Notes: generated from the sequence alone by a model not told the origin. A stretch of DNA of 64,000 nt from Thalia democratica (GCA_965202585.1 OZ241831.1:17484001-17548000); one strand, 5' to 3'; shown: positions 12,180-25,600, counted from the first letter of the stretch. Made by a program: numbers and translations.

Positions 12180-12978
12180 TATATACATATATATACAGTT
12201 TTTCTGTTAACTTTGTTATTGTGACACGCTTAAAGCGTAGAAACTATTGATAACAAATCGAAAACTTGTTGTTTTTTTTTGTATTGTTAACAAGACATAA
12301 TATATGTTTATATAAGATATAACGGTAAAAGGCCAAACATGGAGTGGAGTATTGTTTCAAAGATCAAACATGCATCCAACGGAGTAAGTAGAACTTGCCC
12401 AACTTGCAATATAGAAAGAGCAGTAATTGCAGCAGAAGATAAAGACCTACTTCTGAATAAGCGGCAAGATTTATTGAATATTTGTCCCCACAACCGATGA
12501 TTCTACTTTAAATAACTCTGTCTACTTATGTACTAATTTATTTCACAACACTCACATTACAATAACATACACTTGCAAGTTTAATACTTCATGTTTTTAA
12601 GCTGTATAAACTATTGACCAATTTGTTAAATTTATTATGACGTAACATTTCTGCACAACTCAATTTAATTTTCATTTTAAAAACTTGCCTATTCTTAGAG
12701 CTTTTTGAGGTTAGTGCCTACTTTTATTAAATTTGTATTTTTTGTAGACAATTTTATAATTTTATGTTTTTATCCCAAACTTTGTTTTTAAACCATAAAG
12801 TTCATTTATAGTTATTACCTACATAAACACTATACATAACTATACATGCTTTTTCTGCTTTTTTTCTAATGTGTATAAATATTTTATAGACTCCGTAGAT
12901 CTGTTCTTAAATTTATTTGAGAGCAGTGAAACGCCGTTAGTTGAAGTAAAGTTGTAGCACAAGAACATCTGTGGTATA
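11781..12978 (+). mobile_element. 5'-truncated Penelope-like element with a GIY-YIG C-terminal fragment, tandem pLTR copies and an inverted 5' arm
   Basis: 12318-12515 encodes ...WSIVSKIKHASNGVSRTCPTCNIERAVIAAEDKDLLLNKRQDLLNICPHNR*, the PLE endonuclease C-terminus. The 3' unit is repeated at 11943-12179 and 12743-12978, with an inverted copy at 11781-11943. Both ends abut (ta)n. Confidence 0.8.
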
Positions 12979-13028
12979 TGTTTATATATATATATATATA
13001 ATTTATTGAAATGGCGATTTTAAAAATT

Positions 13029-13085
13029 CTGGAACATATGTTTCATAAAGCTTTAATTTTTCATAAAGCTTTAATCATCAGCCAG
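13029..13085 (-). ncRNA. Minimal hammerhead ribozyme motif with a duplicated stem II segment, in a PLE end (about 12995-13190) between (TA)n tracts
   Basis: Minus strand reads ctgg CTGATGA [ttaaagctttatGAAA]aa[ttaaagctttatGAAA] catatg TT ccag. Stem III is palindromic (catatg), stem I is ctgg/ccag, and aataaa then (ta)n follow. Confidence 0.7.
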
Positions 13086-13202
13086 TTAAATTCAAAATAA
13101 AAAGCACTGTAATAAACAAAGATACAATGATAAACAAAGATATCGAAAGCTCAGTTGAAAGTGTTTAAGTTTAAACATTAACCTTATTTTATATATATAT
13201 AT

Positions 13203-13727
13203 ATAGCGACAGTCATAACTGATAACCAGACCAAGTTTTATGTAGGCTCGACTGGACTATCGTTCAAGAATCGCTACACAAAGCACAAGTAGAGCTTCAA
13301 ACACGAAAAACATAAAAATACGACAACTTTATCGCAGTACATTTAGAAACTAAAAAATAACGAAGTTAATTTTAAAATTCAGTGGGAAATATTAACAAGA
13401 ACGAAAAATAAATACAGTTTAAAAAACGGATGTAAATTGTGCAATGCGGAAAAAATCGAAATTTTAAAAGTTAAGAAATCTGAATCTCTAAACAAAAGAA
13501 ACGAATTACAAACTGGCTGCATACATTATAGAAAGCAACTTATCTAAAAACTCTGTCAAAAATTTTGTCTAAAATCAACTATCTATTATTACGTAATAAC
13601 TAATTTTGTATAATTTTATTGCTGTACTTACAAATTTGCTTTTCATTAAATAAAACTTGGCTGAGGACGCGTATTAAACGCAGAAACAGCTGTACCAAGC
13701 AAAAGTTTATTTTGTGTATGTTATTTC
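13203..13727 (+). mobile_element. 5'-truncated Penelope-like element: GIY-YIG endonuclease relic plus 3' end
   Basis: 13206-13547 is in one frame: ATVITDNQTKFYVGSTGLSFKNRYTKHK*SFKHEKHKNTTTLSQYI*KLK...WEIL...CKLCNAEKIEILK...LNKRNELQTGCIHYRK. It has two internal TAG stops and is flanked by (ta)n. Confidence 0.85.
13656..13699 (+). ncRNA. Intact minimal type I hammerhead ribozyme of a Penelope-like element
   Basis: cttgg CTGAGGA c gcgt-attaa-acgc a GAAA cagctg TA ccaag. It has a complete core, a 5-bp stem I, palindromic stem III and a GUA cleavage triplet. Confidence 0.85.
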
Positions 13728-14495
13728 TATATATATATATATGATATTTATAATACAAAAAAACAACTAATTTTCGTATCGTTTACTAAGTCTCAACGTT
13801 TAACACGTGTCTTCGAAATAAAGTACATAGCACAATTTTTAACGAATCACACAAAAAAACACATTATGACGTTTCAAATAAAACTTAATAATTTCAGTTA
13901 GCTTATCTTAAAAACAACTTATGTACAAGTCAATTTATTTTTTGCTTTGTTTGATTTTAGTTTTATTTTATTGCTATTTTTTGTTATTAATTAATGGATT
14001 TTCTTCTTTTAAAATGCATGTTTTGATTGTGGAGACAGGGTTGATCTCTGTTTTCGCATTAAGAACTTTGACATTTGTCAATTAAAAAACAATTTCAAAT
14101 ATATATATGATGTATTAAAGACATGAAACTTTATGCTTTGGGTATTACTTTCTTTTTTTAGTATACAAACTTTCTAGCCCAAAAACTTTAAGTTTTTTTA
14201 ACAATGGTGAGACTTTCTTTTCATTTTTTGAGCAATTAATTTATTGTTTTGGGTTATAAAACGTATTTTTTTAGTTAAGGTGTTTTAATCAATAACAAGT
14301 CTTAAAAATAGTCCTGAAAATGTCAAGTCATTTGACTGAGTAACTTCGTATCCAGCACTATTTTACTTATATTTGAACTTCAATAAGATTAGGTTAAGCT
14401 TTAGCTAAAGTTTTTTTTTAATTTTTACTTGAACTTAATTTAATTGCAATCATATATATTTTTTTAAGTTAGTTTTATTTTGGTTAGATAAAACT

Positions 14496-14572
14496 CAACC
14501 GTGCAAAAGTTACGACAAGCGTAAAAGTAGCACCCGGCCAAACTTGACTCCGTGCATACTTGACCCATCCTA
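14496..14572. repeat. Degenerate arm of the cgtgc(t/a)aaagt foldback family
   Basis: ccgtgcaaaagttacg, cgtaaaagtagc and ccgtgcatacttgacccatcc resemble 59205-59318. Confidence 0.5.
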
Positions 14573-17500
14573 ACAAAAATACGGTGTTTCACGAAGTTCT
14601 ATTTCTAGTTATCGATGCAAATCGATTTTTCCACATCTATTTCACCGACTAGAAAAGTTGCCTACCTCTTTAATAAACCATAATAGACAAACAGTCTTTT
14701 GAAGCCTTTGTTTATTTAATGATATGTGTATGAATCGCATGTTCAAAAGTTTAATGAATTCAACTAATGTGCTTTCACTTATACTTTAAATATAAAACAA
14801 AAGTAATCTGTTTAAAACAATAATAACCAAAAATTGGTCATAATATTCTTATTAGAAAAGTTTTGCTTACTTTGTTTTTCATGAAACTTTTTTAAGTTTA
14901 TTAGAAACTAAAACAAATCTGAAATAATAAATAGAAATTAATAAACTTTTTTACAACCTTAAACATAAAAAAACGCTAAAAATGCAGTTTAGCAATTACG
15001 TTTCATTTATAGCATTAGTTTTTGAAGTGTTTTACACTTGTAGCCTTTTCAAAATCATTTTTTATTAACGCAGATATACTTTATTTATCATCGTTGATGT
15101 AAAGAAAAAACATTACTATTCTTTAGAATTAAAATACCTTTTTAACAGACAAATCTCTGCTAGTCCTATTGCTTCAAATTTCATAAATTGATAAGCTAGT
15201 AATTTTTTAAGTAGTTTTGCAGAAACTCTAAAAATAGTATAGCTTCTTAATAGCCTTTTGTAACACTTTAATTATAGTAATTCGTAATACACTGTTCAAA
15301 TTTTTTAATAATTTTTTATATCACGGTTAAAACCGTTTTGGAAATCTTTGAAATCATTCGTAAAAAAACCCAAAATTACAAAGATAATATAAAGATCTAC
15401 AGTGACAAAAGACTTACACAGCACTTAAAGTATGTAAATACTTTTTCAAAATACAAATTGTTAGTAAAGCTAAACATTAAATAACCGAATAAATAAGAAT
15501 TTTAGAGCTTGCATGAAGCTTTTTATATCTTTTCAGCAAAAATTAAATGATTTAAATAGTTTTCATGTGTATTAATTTACCTTTTTTTTTTATTATACTA
15601 AGTTGTACCTTCATCTGATATAAATCAAAAACTAGTTTAAATAAGTATAGTGATAATAATATCTAAATGATATTAACGTATGTACCCAGTATAAACCAAA
15701 GGACAACGAAGGCTGTGCAATGGCATAAATATTCTCTACAAACAAGATCGACCATAATTATTATTATAAGAAAAGTGTATAACAAATGTCATGTGTCTTA
15801 TAGTATTTTTTTTTAATTACGCTACTTTAAGTGTTACTTATGGTAACCATCGATCATTAAAATGCAAAAACAATTCAAATTTCATCAAACTATATTTGAC
15901 CTAATATAAGAGATTTGCCTTAATAAATGTTGTGAAACGATTATAAGCTTTTTAAAAAATAACGGTTTAAAAAAAGTAATTAAACTTCTAAACTTACCTT
16001 AAAGTTTTTAACTAAAAATAGTTTTTATAAATTTATAAAATATAATTATATGCACTACGCACTGATTTTTTATAAAAAGAAAAAAATAAACACTTTGCCG
16101 TATATTTATACTTTGGTAAAACACCTTTAAATATTTCTTAATTCTATAGTATATTTAGAAAATTTCTTTATTTATTAAGAAATTCATTAAGTTTGTTTAT
16201 TGTATGACAGTTGCTTAACTTACTTTTTAAGAATAATATTTTGAATAAGGTTCGGAATACTTACAAACTTGTTTTCTTTTTTAGCATGCCAATGTAAGAA
16301 AAAAGTTATAGATATTTATACTTTAACAGAAAATTAAGTATCTAAATAGTAAGCCGAGATAAATGTTTCAAGCAAACTTATGTTGAAAAATCTTCTTTTC
16401 TAGGAAATCAAAAAAAGAAAAAATTATTCTTTTTTAAGTTTGCAAGTATTAATTGCTTTCTGTTATTACAATTTTAGACTTGGAAAAGTATTAAAAATAT
16501 AAAAAGTATATTTTAAAATAGAAGGAAATTTGTTGTTGTTATTATTGTTTTTGTATTTATTTCTCATTAAGTGCATAAATGTTAAAGTACTTATCTTTAT
16601 ATTTTCATTTGTAAAAGTTAAGTTCAGTTATGGTAGAATTAACTTCTTTGAAATCATTAAAAAATTATACAATAGTATATTTATCTAATCAAATGTGAAA
16701 TTGTGTTTACTGTTTAAGTAAAATTACTAAATAGAAAAGAAAAATTACACTTTAAGCACAAAGTACTGATAAAATTTAGCGTAAAAATATTTCAGCGTAT
16801 TACATTTTTACCTTCTTTAAAGAAGTTGTAACCTATCATTCAAGTATTCACAGTTTTGCTATTATTATTGATTATCTCCTTTTATTAGTTAATTTAAAGC
16901 TATGTATACATATATATAAATACTTTAGTTCTTATATTATTAGACAAGTTTTTAAGTACATTTTTCAACTCAAAAATAAATTAATTTTCTTTTCTTTCAT
17001 TTCGTTTAATTGATTATTTTATCACTAAAGATTAAAATATTTAGATGATAAAACAATTATGAATATTCGCTCGTAAGAAATTTTTTAGGCATGTGGTGTA
17101 CGACTCGATAACCGAAAAGTTTCTTTGTACACTATGTCCTTAAACCAAACTTCATCTATTGTTTATCGTTCAATAAACGATATTAAAAACCACATCTTCA
17201 TAGTTTTAGAGAAAAATATACACAGTTTGGTCCGCACAAAAAAATAAAAACTTATTGGAAAATTAGCTTTGACAATACCAGGATTCTAATAAATTTAAAA
17301 CTTCAAACATAAATTAAAATTTCAATTTTAATTGAAGCTATGCAAGTTGGCGCGATGTAACTTATAGAGTTTTTGTTTACGTTAAATTAGATATCTTATT
17401 TCATAGTTTAGTTGGTAAACTAATCAAAAAAAGTTCTTAAAGTAACAAAAAAATATGTATTTATAAAGCTTTTTTGGTTCTTATAATAATAAATCATTAA

Positions 17501-18276
17501 AATTTTATACATAACGATATATGTGGAGCTTTTAAATATATATAAATAAAAACTTCAGATTTAGTAGATTCTAATGAGGTAAATATTTTTGAATTCCAAA
17601 ATCTTATCTACAAAGTTTTCGAACATGATTAGTTTTACGACACACACGTAGTAAAACTATAGAATTTTTCTAAAAATCTTAATTAATCTTCTACGATGTA
17701 AAACTTTATAATAAAATTATATGGAGAAAATCAATAAGGTTTAAAGAGGAATAATATGTTAGTAGAGTAAAAATTATTGACAGCGCTACACTGATGAACT
17801 TAAGAAACCTGTTTTATAAAGTCTTTAAAAATTTCCGATATCCTTTTTTTTTTGTGTTGATTAAAAATTTATTTTGATAAAATTTTAGGCCACACTTACT
17901 AACAGATTAACAAATATTGATATTTTAACGAATCAATAAATTCTTTTTACCAGCTAAGCGCGATTTAAGCTCACCGATATCTACTTAAGAACTAAAAGTT
18001 TTAACATTATAAATCTTAACTTTTTCTAAGATAAGTTTAATACTAAACGTTTAAATAATTGCTTTCTAAAGTATGCAAACATTCGATTTTAAATAAAAGG
18101 ATGAGGATGAAATTCAATACATAAAAAATGATAATAAGAACAACTTTTACTATTCATTACCCTAATCTTCTATTCTGTTTTCCAGTATTTATTTTTATGC
18201 GTTTACAAATTTTAATTTATATTTAACTCCAAGAAACTATGCTAATTTACCTAACACAGAGAAACATATGTTAGCT

Positions 18277-21200
18277 CAGGGGTCGGCAGGTAGTTGGTGC
18301 TCGCGGGCCAAATTTCAAATTTTCAAAATCTTCGCGAGCCACAGTTTTAGTTTTAGTGATATTTGAATAATCTTTTGGCTTTAGTTTTGGTCACACCAGA
18401 GATAATTTTACTTTTATTCACTTTATTACTTCAAGTGACTTTTAGCTGCACATAGAATGCCTACTTGGTTTATAAACATCTATTGGTTATGAATTTACAT
18501 TGTTATCATACTTAAGTCTTAGTAATATATGTAATTTCTTAAACAATTAATAAGTTAAATTTAATAAAATACTTTTATTATTTTACTTACAACCTAACTC
18601 TCTATAAATACTGAGCTTGAAAAATACTTATGAGTCACTTTTGTACATTTTTTATATTATGAACCACCTTTTCATTTTTTCAAAAATGTTAACTTTTGAA
18701 AATATTTTTTGCGTCTTAAATAGTTTGCATTCTTTATAAAATTCAGTAATTAGATAGTTAAATAAATTTAATACCTATTTATACTGTAGATAAGCTAAAT
18801 CAAATTTTTTAACATAATTAATGCTGGAATACTTTAATAAAATACCTTATTAGTAATTAGTTAATCTTTTACCCGGTCGCAATTTAAAAGCAAACATTTC
18901 CGGTTGTCACTTTAAAAGTTTACTAAAAATTAATATAGCTAAAAACTTTCTGTTAATCAAGCAAAAATACATAAGTAAAATATCATTATTATAAAAAAGC
19001 ACAATATGTAAATAGACAAAAAAATATAATTAGTAAACTACACTACAATCATAAAAACTTTTCTGAGAATTCGAAAATTTATTCAAGTTGTTTGAAATAA
19101 AAGTTTCGGATACACCTGAATTAAAATTTTTTTTAAACTAGCCTGTTTGTTTGACAACCCTGTTTAGAATAAAAATCAAAAAGTAAAGAAATACCGAAGT
19201 TTAATAACAGTGAACTAACTATATAAATGAAAAATAAATATTATTCATTTTGAATGAACAATTAAGTTTTTAATCATTTTTAACAAAGGTATAAAAATTT
19301 ATTAAGCTATTAATGAACTTGAAAAAACTTACTTTCTATTGACCATTATAGCAATTCTTTATCTGCAATAAAAATATTGCATTTAAAAAGAACAAATGTG
19401 AATTATAAGACGAGCTATTAGAACTATGTTACGTTAGTTTGGAGTTAATGCGAGAAACAAAAAAAAATAAATCGCTTAAGTCAGTTTAACAACGCACATA
19501 ACTATTTTTAGTAACTACAGACTGATCAGAAAAAAATTGTTAAGGCAAGTTATAAAGTAGCAAAAGTAATTACTAAAAAAAGATACCGTTTAGAGTTGAA
19601 TACTTATTTAAATAATTTGTTTTGGGGTTAGTAAACTATTTTTGTTAATTTCTTCAATATGTAAAAGAAGTCGTGTTTAGGAAATTTCTGAAGACTTTAA
19701 AGCCGCATAAACCAAATTAGGGCTTAAATCAATTTTTTAAGATGTGAGAACTGATACAACGTATATTGCTCGTTTTAGAATTTTTATTACAGGTGGTTTT
19801 ACTAATTTTAACATTTTAGAAGAATTTCTAGGTTTAGTTCCAATACAAAGCACAACAATAGGAAAAAAGATTTTAAAAGCAAAAGTGCAATGCACCAATA
19901 TAAAGTTTTTTAAAATACAACTTTTGCTGCTATTTTAGTATATGATTAAGTTAAAAGTGAAAAAAAGACTGTGTTAAATAATGCAGAAAAATTTAAAAGA
20001 TACTTACTGTTAAGCTACTTTAAATGTGTTTTTTAATAAAAAATATTTATATGGTAGATGTTTTGTGTCAAATCGAAATTTTATTACTTCACATATAAAA
20101 ACTGTTTAAAATCCCAGGTTTTTTCGATAATTCAAGGCTTTTACAGATCTTTTAAGCATACATTGTCAAATTCCAAGCCTTTCCGGGATATTTTAGCAAC
20201 ACTTATACGTATACAATTAATATAAATAATAATTCAAATTATATCAGCTGCAAGACTTAAAATCTAAAATATATTTTAATTCAAATCAACACTGTGTACT
20301 GAACAAAGCATACAAAATAAATTTAATTTACCACTCTTTAAAGAAAATAGTCAGTCCGAGTGACCAAAACTAGCCTGATATATTAGCATACAAAAAGCTA
20401 TCTAAACCAAAAACTGAAAAATTACTAAATTGGCCTGAGATTTGAAGTCTTCAAATAGTCATAGTCTAAGTGTGTTGCAACTTTTATTTGTTTATTTGAT
20501 CAAATTTGAACTACTTTGATTAAAAATGTACAAACTTAATAAATTACCATTTATCAATCTAGTTTGTATTAAATAGGTAGTTCCAAAAAACAGCAACTGT
20601 TTATATTAGTATGCAACGCACAAAAACTAACTTATTTTGCCAACAAACATTGTTTGAAAAATCAAAAAGTATACCTAACAAAAACTTTTTTAATTTATGT
20701 CCTATATATATATTGTTTTAAATGTGTCTGTACACACTTAGATATTTTATGTAGAAAAAATAATGTTAGAAAACTATGCATAAACTAAATTTATCTCGTT
20801 AAGTATTAAATAAAAAGTGGTTTAAAATATGAGCATCTTTGTTCATTGGTGTGCATAGGAATTAATTTAAAATGCAAAGGAAACTTCTAAAAAATCAAAG
20901 GTGTCAAAACCAAAATAACGTTATTTCTTCTTATTATTATTGTTATTTTTAATTTTTTTGTGCACACTAGAATATAAAATTTAGTAATAAAACATCTGTA
21001 ACAGAAGCTTAGGTATAAAACGTTTAAAAAAACTAAACTGTAAAAAAATGACATTTTAGTTAATTACTGTGCATTACTTTTGTACAAAACGGAAAACATT
21101 TGCATTTAGTTTTTACTAATGGGTATTTTATAACTATCTTACTAATTCAAAGCACTTTTTACAATCTTTTTCAGAAAAAATATTGCTGTTATAAGAAGAA

Positions 21201-21477
21201 AGTTGTTATGTAATTGAGAAAAAACCTGGTGGAATGCTAACCTGTCTTTTTCACATTTTTGTAATCAGTCAAGTCTTTTAATTGTTTAAAAATGTTATAC
21301 AGGATCTTAAAACAAAATTAATCAAACAAATTTAACATAAAAAATATTTTTGCTCAGCGGGCCAATTTTACATGCTCGCGGGCCGCAAAATTTTCTTTCG
21401 CGGGCCGCATTCCATTCAAAAAACTAACGTGCTCGCGGGCCGCATTTGGCCCGCGGGCCGCAGTTTGCCGACCCCTG
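18277..21477 (+). mobile_element. hAT DNA transposon (GTF2IRD2/Charlie-type), internally decayed, 3201 bp
   Basis: TIRs caggggtcggca/tgccgacccctg and a perfect 8-bp TSD tgttagct (18269-18276, 21478-21485). Subterminal cgcgggcc repeats. Transposase relics IVKASYKVAKVI (about 19500) and TDTTYIARFRIFITGGFTNFNILEEFLGLVPIQSTTIG (19744-19938). Confidence 0.92.
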
Positions 21478-21571
21478 TGTTAGCTCATTAAAGAAAAGTA
21501 CTGGGAAAATTGTAGTTATAAATGTATATTCCAACAAATTTGTTTCGTTAAGATCCGTATAAAAACTATCA

Positions 21572-21926
21572 CAGCGTGGCCAGGCCACTGGTTTTTAGAT
21601 TTTTTTTTAAATTTCTGAATTTCTTCAATATTTTTAAAAGTATATGTCTTTGGGCCTAATATTAAGTTTAAAAACTGTGTTAGTTAGTATAATAACATTG
21701 AAAAGATACTGAAAAGCTTCTTAAAACGTGCATTCTTAATTAAAAATATTGATGACACATTTTTTAATCTGTATGATAGATTTTTTGTGTCAAATTGAAA
21801 ATTGACTGTTAAACACGTTAAAACTGTTTAAAATTTCAGGTTTTTTATTGATTTCTGTTCAAAATTTCAGGTTTATTCAGCCTAAATTGTCAAATTCCAG
21901 GTTTTTCCAGGTATGTGACCGCCCTG
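21572..21926. mobile_element. MITE of the CAGGG(T/C)-terminus family with ttccaggttttt subterminal repeats
   Basis: Ends cagcgtggcca and tgtgaccgccctg. The interior resembles 36396-36818 and the fragment at about 19940-20200. No TSD recognised. Confidence 0.6.
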
Positions 21927-22638
21927 CTTTTAGCTAGTAAATTCTGAATATTGACAGAGTTTTAGTAATGATACATCTCAAACTCGACTTACTATCAATT
22001 AAACCTGGTACAGGAAAAATTATCAAATAGTTTGATAGTCTAAAATATCTACATACTTTCATTCTAACTAATTTCCACAATAAAAAAACACTTACTTCTT
22101 TATACTAAAACAATTGTAATACTTATCTTGACAAGTGAATAATTAGGAGTTATTAAAAAGAGATTAACAAAACTATCTCATACGTGATTACTTGAAATAT
22201 TCTAGAGCTTAATTAACCAAAAAATATGAAAAAACTATAAATAATTTTATCAAGAAAAAGAGTACAAAACTTTTTTTTATTCTTAATTTTTTTAAATTGC
22301 ATGAAGTTATAGTAAATAAATAAAATTGTTAGTTATAACATTTATTTTACAACAAAAATTTTCTACGTAGTATTAACTAAAATCAAATCAGTAGTATAAT
22401 AAGTTGTATATATCCTTAAAAAGTGTCTCTTTTTTAACTAAAGGTTCAATATTTTTTGTTCATTAAAGGAATTTATAACAAATAAAGTGAAAAAAAAATT
22501 AAAACAAAATTCATAAAAAGGACAACTTAACTATTAAATTTTCAACAACCTAAATGATTTAAACTAAAATAGTTTTCTTTAAAAACTACTAAAGAACTCT
22601 TTACAACGCTGTAAATATTTATTTTTATAGTTAAACAA

Positions 22639-25600
22639 CTACATTTTGATACTGAGGTCAACAAAGTGGGGCACTTTACAACCGAAGCCTTGCGCGGTTT
22701 TGACAAGATCCAGCTTGGTGACGTCAAACGCCTCCTTGTGCTTGTTGGCTGCGTACTGTCCGATGTAACTTTTGTACGCTTCTTGTGAGTTTTGATGCAG
22801 GGCATACATCTGTGAATAAAGTTGAGTAAACAAAAATAATTTTACAACGCATTTAAAATACTCTTATAAATTAATAAAAACTGAAGTACTGTAATACGAA
22901 AGAAGTTCAAAACTGTTCACATTTCTTAATTCGCTTAAAATTGTGAAGTATACATTTATTTACAATTTTTTTGTTTGTAAATAATTTTTTTTATTTTTTT
23001 CACATGTTATAAGTATATTAATTTGTGTTGAAAATTTATCTATTTTAACAGTTCTGTTATATTGTTTCTTAGCGCAACTTTTGAATTTTTATATTTCAAA
23101 GTATTCTTTTTTACTTTCAACCCCGAGTTGGTTTTATAAATGATATATTAATTAAAAATCTGGTTAATTAGAACATCATTACAAACTATTTACCATACTT
23201 TTTCTCTTTCAAAACATAAATAACTTTTTTTTTGAAACTTTTAGCCAGCAAAAAAATAATTTTTTGGAATATAATCTAAAAATACACAATTTCGATTCTT
23301 TAAAACTATTAAAGCAAAAAAAAAAGAAGCATTTGAACAATCTACGGAAGATGTAAAAAAAATATTATAAATTTTTACTACATTATTTAAGCTTAAAAGT
23401 CTAATTAATCCTATTTTTAGATATTCGATGACAATCAAAATTAGCTATAAAGAAAAAAACTTGATTTTTTCGATACAAAAATCTGATATAAGAACTTCGA
23501 CAAACCTCGGCGGTCAAACTATTGATTTTTCCCTGCACGCTCGACTTCTGCATGGGGGTGATTTGCGAGGACTCGGTTTCCAGCAGGTCGAGGAAGGAAG
23601 ACTCGTGCTGCCTGAGAAACAAGATGATCTGCCGGGTGCAACCAACAAGCTGGCCATTCACCTGGCACGCCGATTGCGGAGGATCGTAGTAGATGATGCA
23701 GTGAGCTTCGGGCATGGCGAAGCTCTTGGCAGAGTTCTCGCTAATCAGCAGGATTCCCGTCTCGCAATTGCAGAAATCTCTGAACACCTGAATTTTCGTT
23801 TAACAAGCTTGTTAGGAGTCTTTCGAGTAAATATTGTATGAACAACTATTAATTTTAAAATTTTTAATGACTTTGTTTCTGCTACTTAAATATTTTTGAA
23901 CGATGGTAGTTTTTTAATAAACAGATTTTAAGATAAAAATTTTCTGCGCGTTTTCATTAATAAGTTTTACTTATTTGCTAAGTTAGGCTTTAATTTCTAT
24001 AAATAAAATTAAAAGAAACAGCAAAATAAATGAGATTGATAAAAAGTTACCTGCAAGTTGTCTTGCCTTTTCTCGAAATAGTTGTGCACTGCATAACACT
24101 CTACATCGAGATGATTGAGCAAATCTTCATGGTATTTCACAGACATGGAAGTTGAAAAATAAACAATTACTTTTGATGATTTCGCTCTCGTCAGCATCGT
24201 GTGAAGGGTGGCGAGTCTTTGTTATTTAAAATTTATCAATTTAAATAGTATGTGGTAATAATAATGATTAATAAAAAATCATAACCAGTGATGAGAATGA
24301 ACTTGCAGTAAAACAAAAATACATGGTTTCAGCTAAAGATATAAAATAAAAAATATAAATTAATAAAACTGGTATTTACAATTAGTTATTAAAATTAAAA
24401 TATTTAAATTTTAAACTTTAAATTGCTTTAAAAAAACCTTTTTTCTGATGCACAGTACAAATAGTCCAAAGTGCAGTCAACCGTATCATCGTCTTCTTTC
24501 TCTTCTATATTGTCAAAGTAAAGCGGACCGGTCTTCAACACGATTTTGGTCAAATTCTCAGTTTTCTGATAGTCACTGGTGCACAGTACAGACTGCCTGG
24601 TTTTCGGAAGATACTGCATTGCTTTAATCAAATTATCCTCCAATCCCAAGTCAACAATCTCAGCAGCATTGCTTACCTGATAATATTTTTTATTTGTTTC
24701 TACTTTTCTGTAAACATTAATATTACTCGGACGGTTACTTTTCATAGTAAATGCTTCAAAACACATTTTCAAATATATTTACTAGATTTACCTTTATTTA
24801 TTAAAGATCTCTTTACCAGATTTATATATCTAAAACTTAGTCATTTAAAATAATTCTATTCCAATTATAAACACACAGTATTTACATAATGTTTTTATTT
24901 TCAACTCAAAAAAAAAACTACTAAGTAACTACAAAAGGATGGAAATTTTTGTAAACTCAATAAACTTATAAAATCTATTCAAAATTTTTTTTATCATCCT
25001 AATAAGAAAAAGCGATGTTATCTGTCCTAAAAGTATAAATAACTTAAGAAAATTTTTAAAATAAATTATGTATTAAGTGTTTGATGTAATATATTGAACA
25101 CTTTTTAAGTAATTGAAATACAAAAAAAAACATTTTATCATTAAGAGCAGTAAAACATATAACTTCATATAAAAAAAAACAATAATATAAACATTGCTTA
25201 TTAGCGAAATAACAAGTAGTTAATTTTTCAATAGCCAACTTACGACAAGATACTGAAGATTTCTTTTTTGAAGATCAGCGGTAGTTTCAAGATGGTGCAA
25301 GAGCTTTCCGGGAGTGCATACTAGAATATTTGCTCCTTTCTCCAACTTCTTACGTTCATTTTTAACGTCCTTTTTAAACATTACTCCAATTAAACAAAAT
25401 GAAAAATAACAAAAAACAGAAAATTTTAGTAAACTAAACTTTATTTAAAAAGAGCATATGTTATTTACTAATCACTCACATTTAGAAGTTTAATAAATAA
25501 CTAATAGCTTGAAATTAATATCTTAATTAGATAAAATAAATTAAACTAAATAAAGTTTTTTTTTTGTAACATTTAGAAAAACTTATTTAGTACTTGGATT

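Noticed and set aside
12498-12500. In-frame TGA near the end of the PLE GIY-YIG fragment as possible selenocysteine
   Set aside because: It follows CGA at a position expected to be basic, so CGA-to-TGA decay is simpler. No SECIS was recognised.
17785-17815. ctgatga...gaaac resembling a hammerhead core
   Set aside because: No pairable stem II or stem I.
23428-23841. 137-aa plus-strand ORF
   Set aside because: Antisense to GC-rich exon 7 of the DDX18-like gene.
24284-24330. gtgatga C-box-like motif in a DDX18-like intron (snoRNA candidate)
   Set aside because: It is antisense to the host gene and has no CTGA D box.
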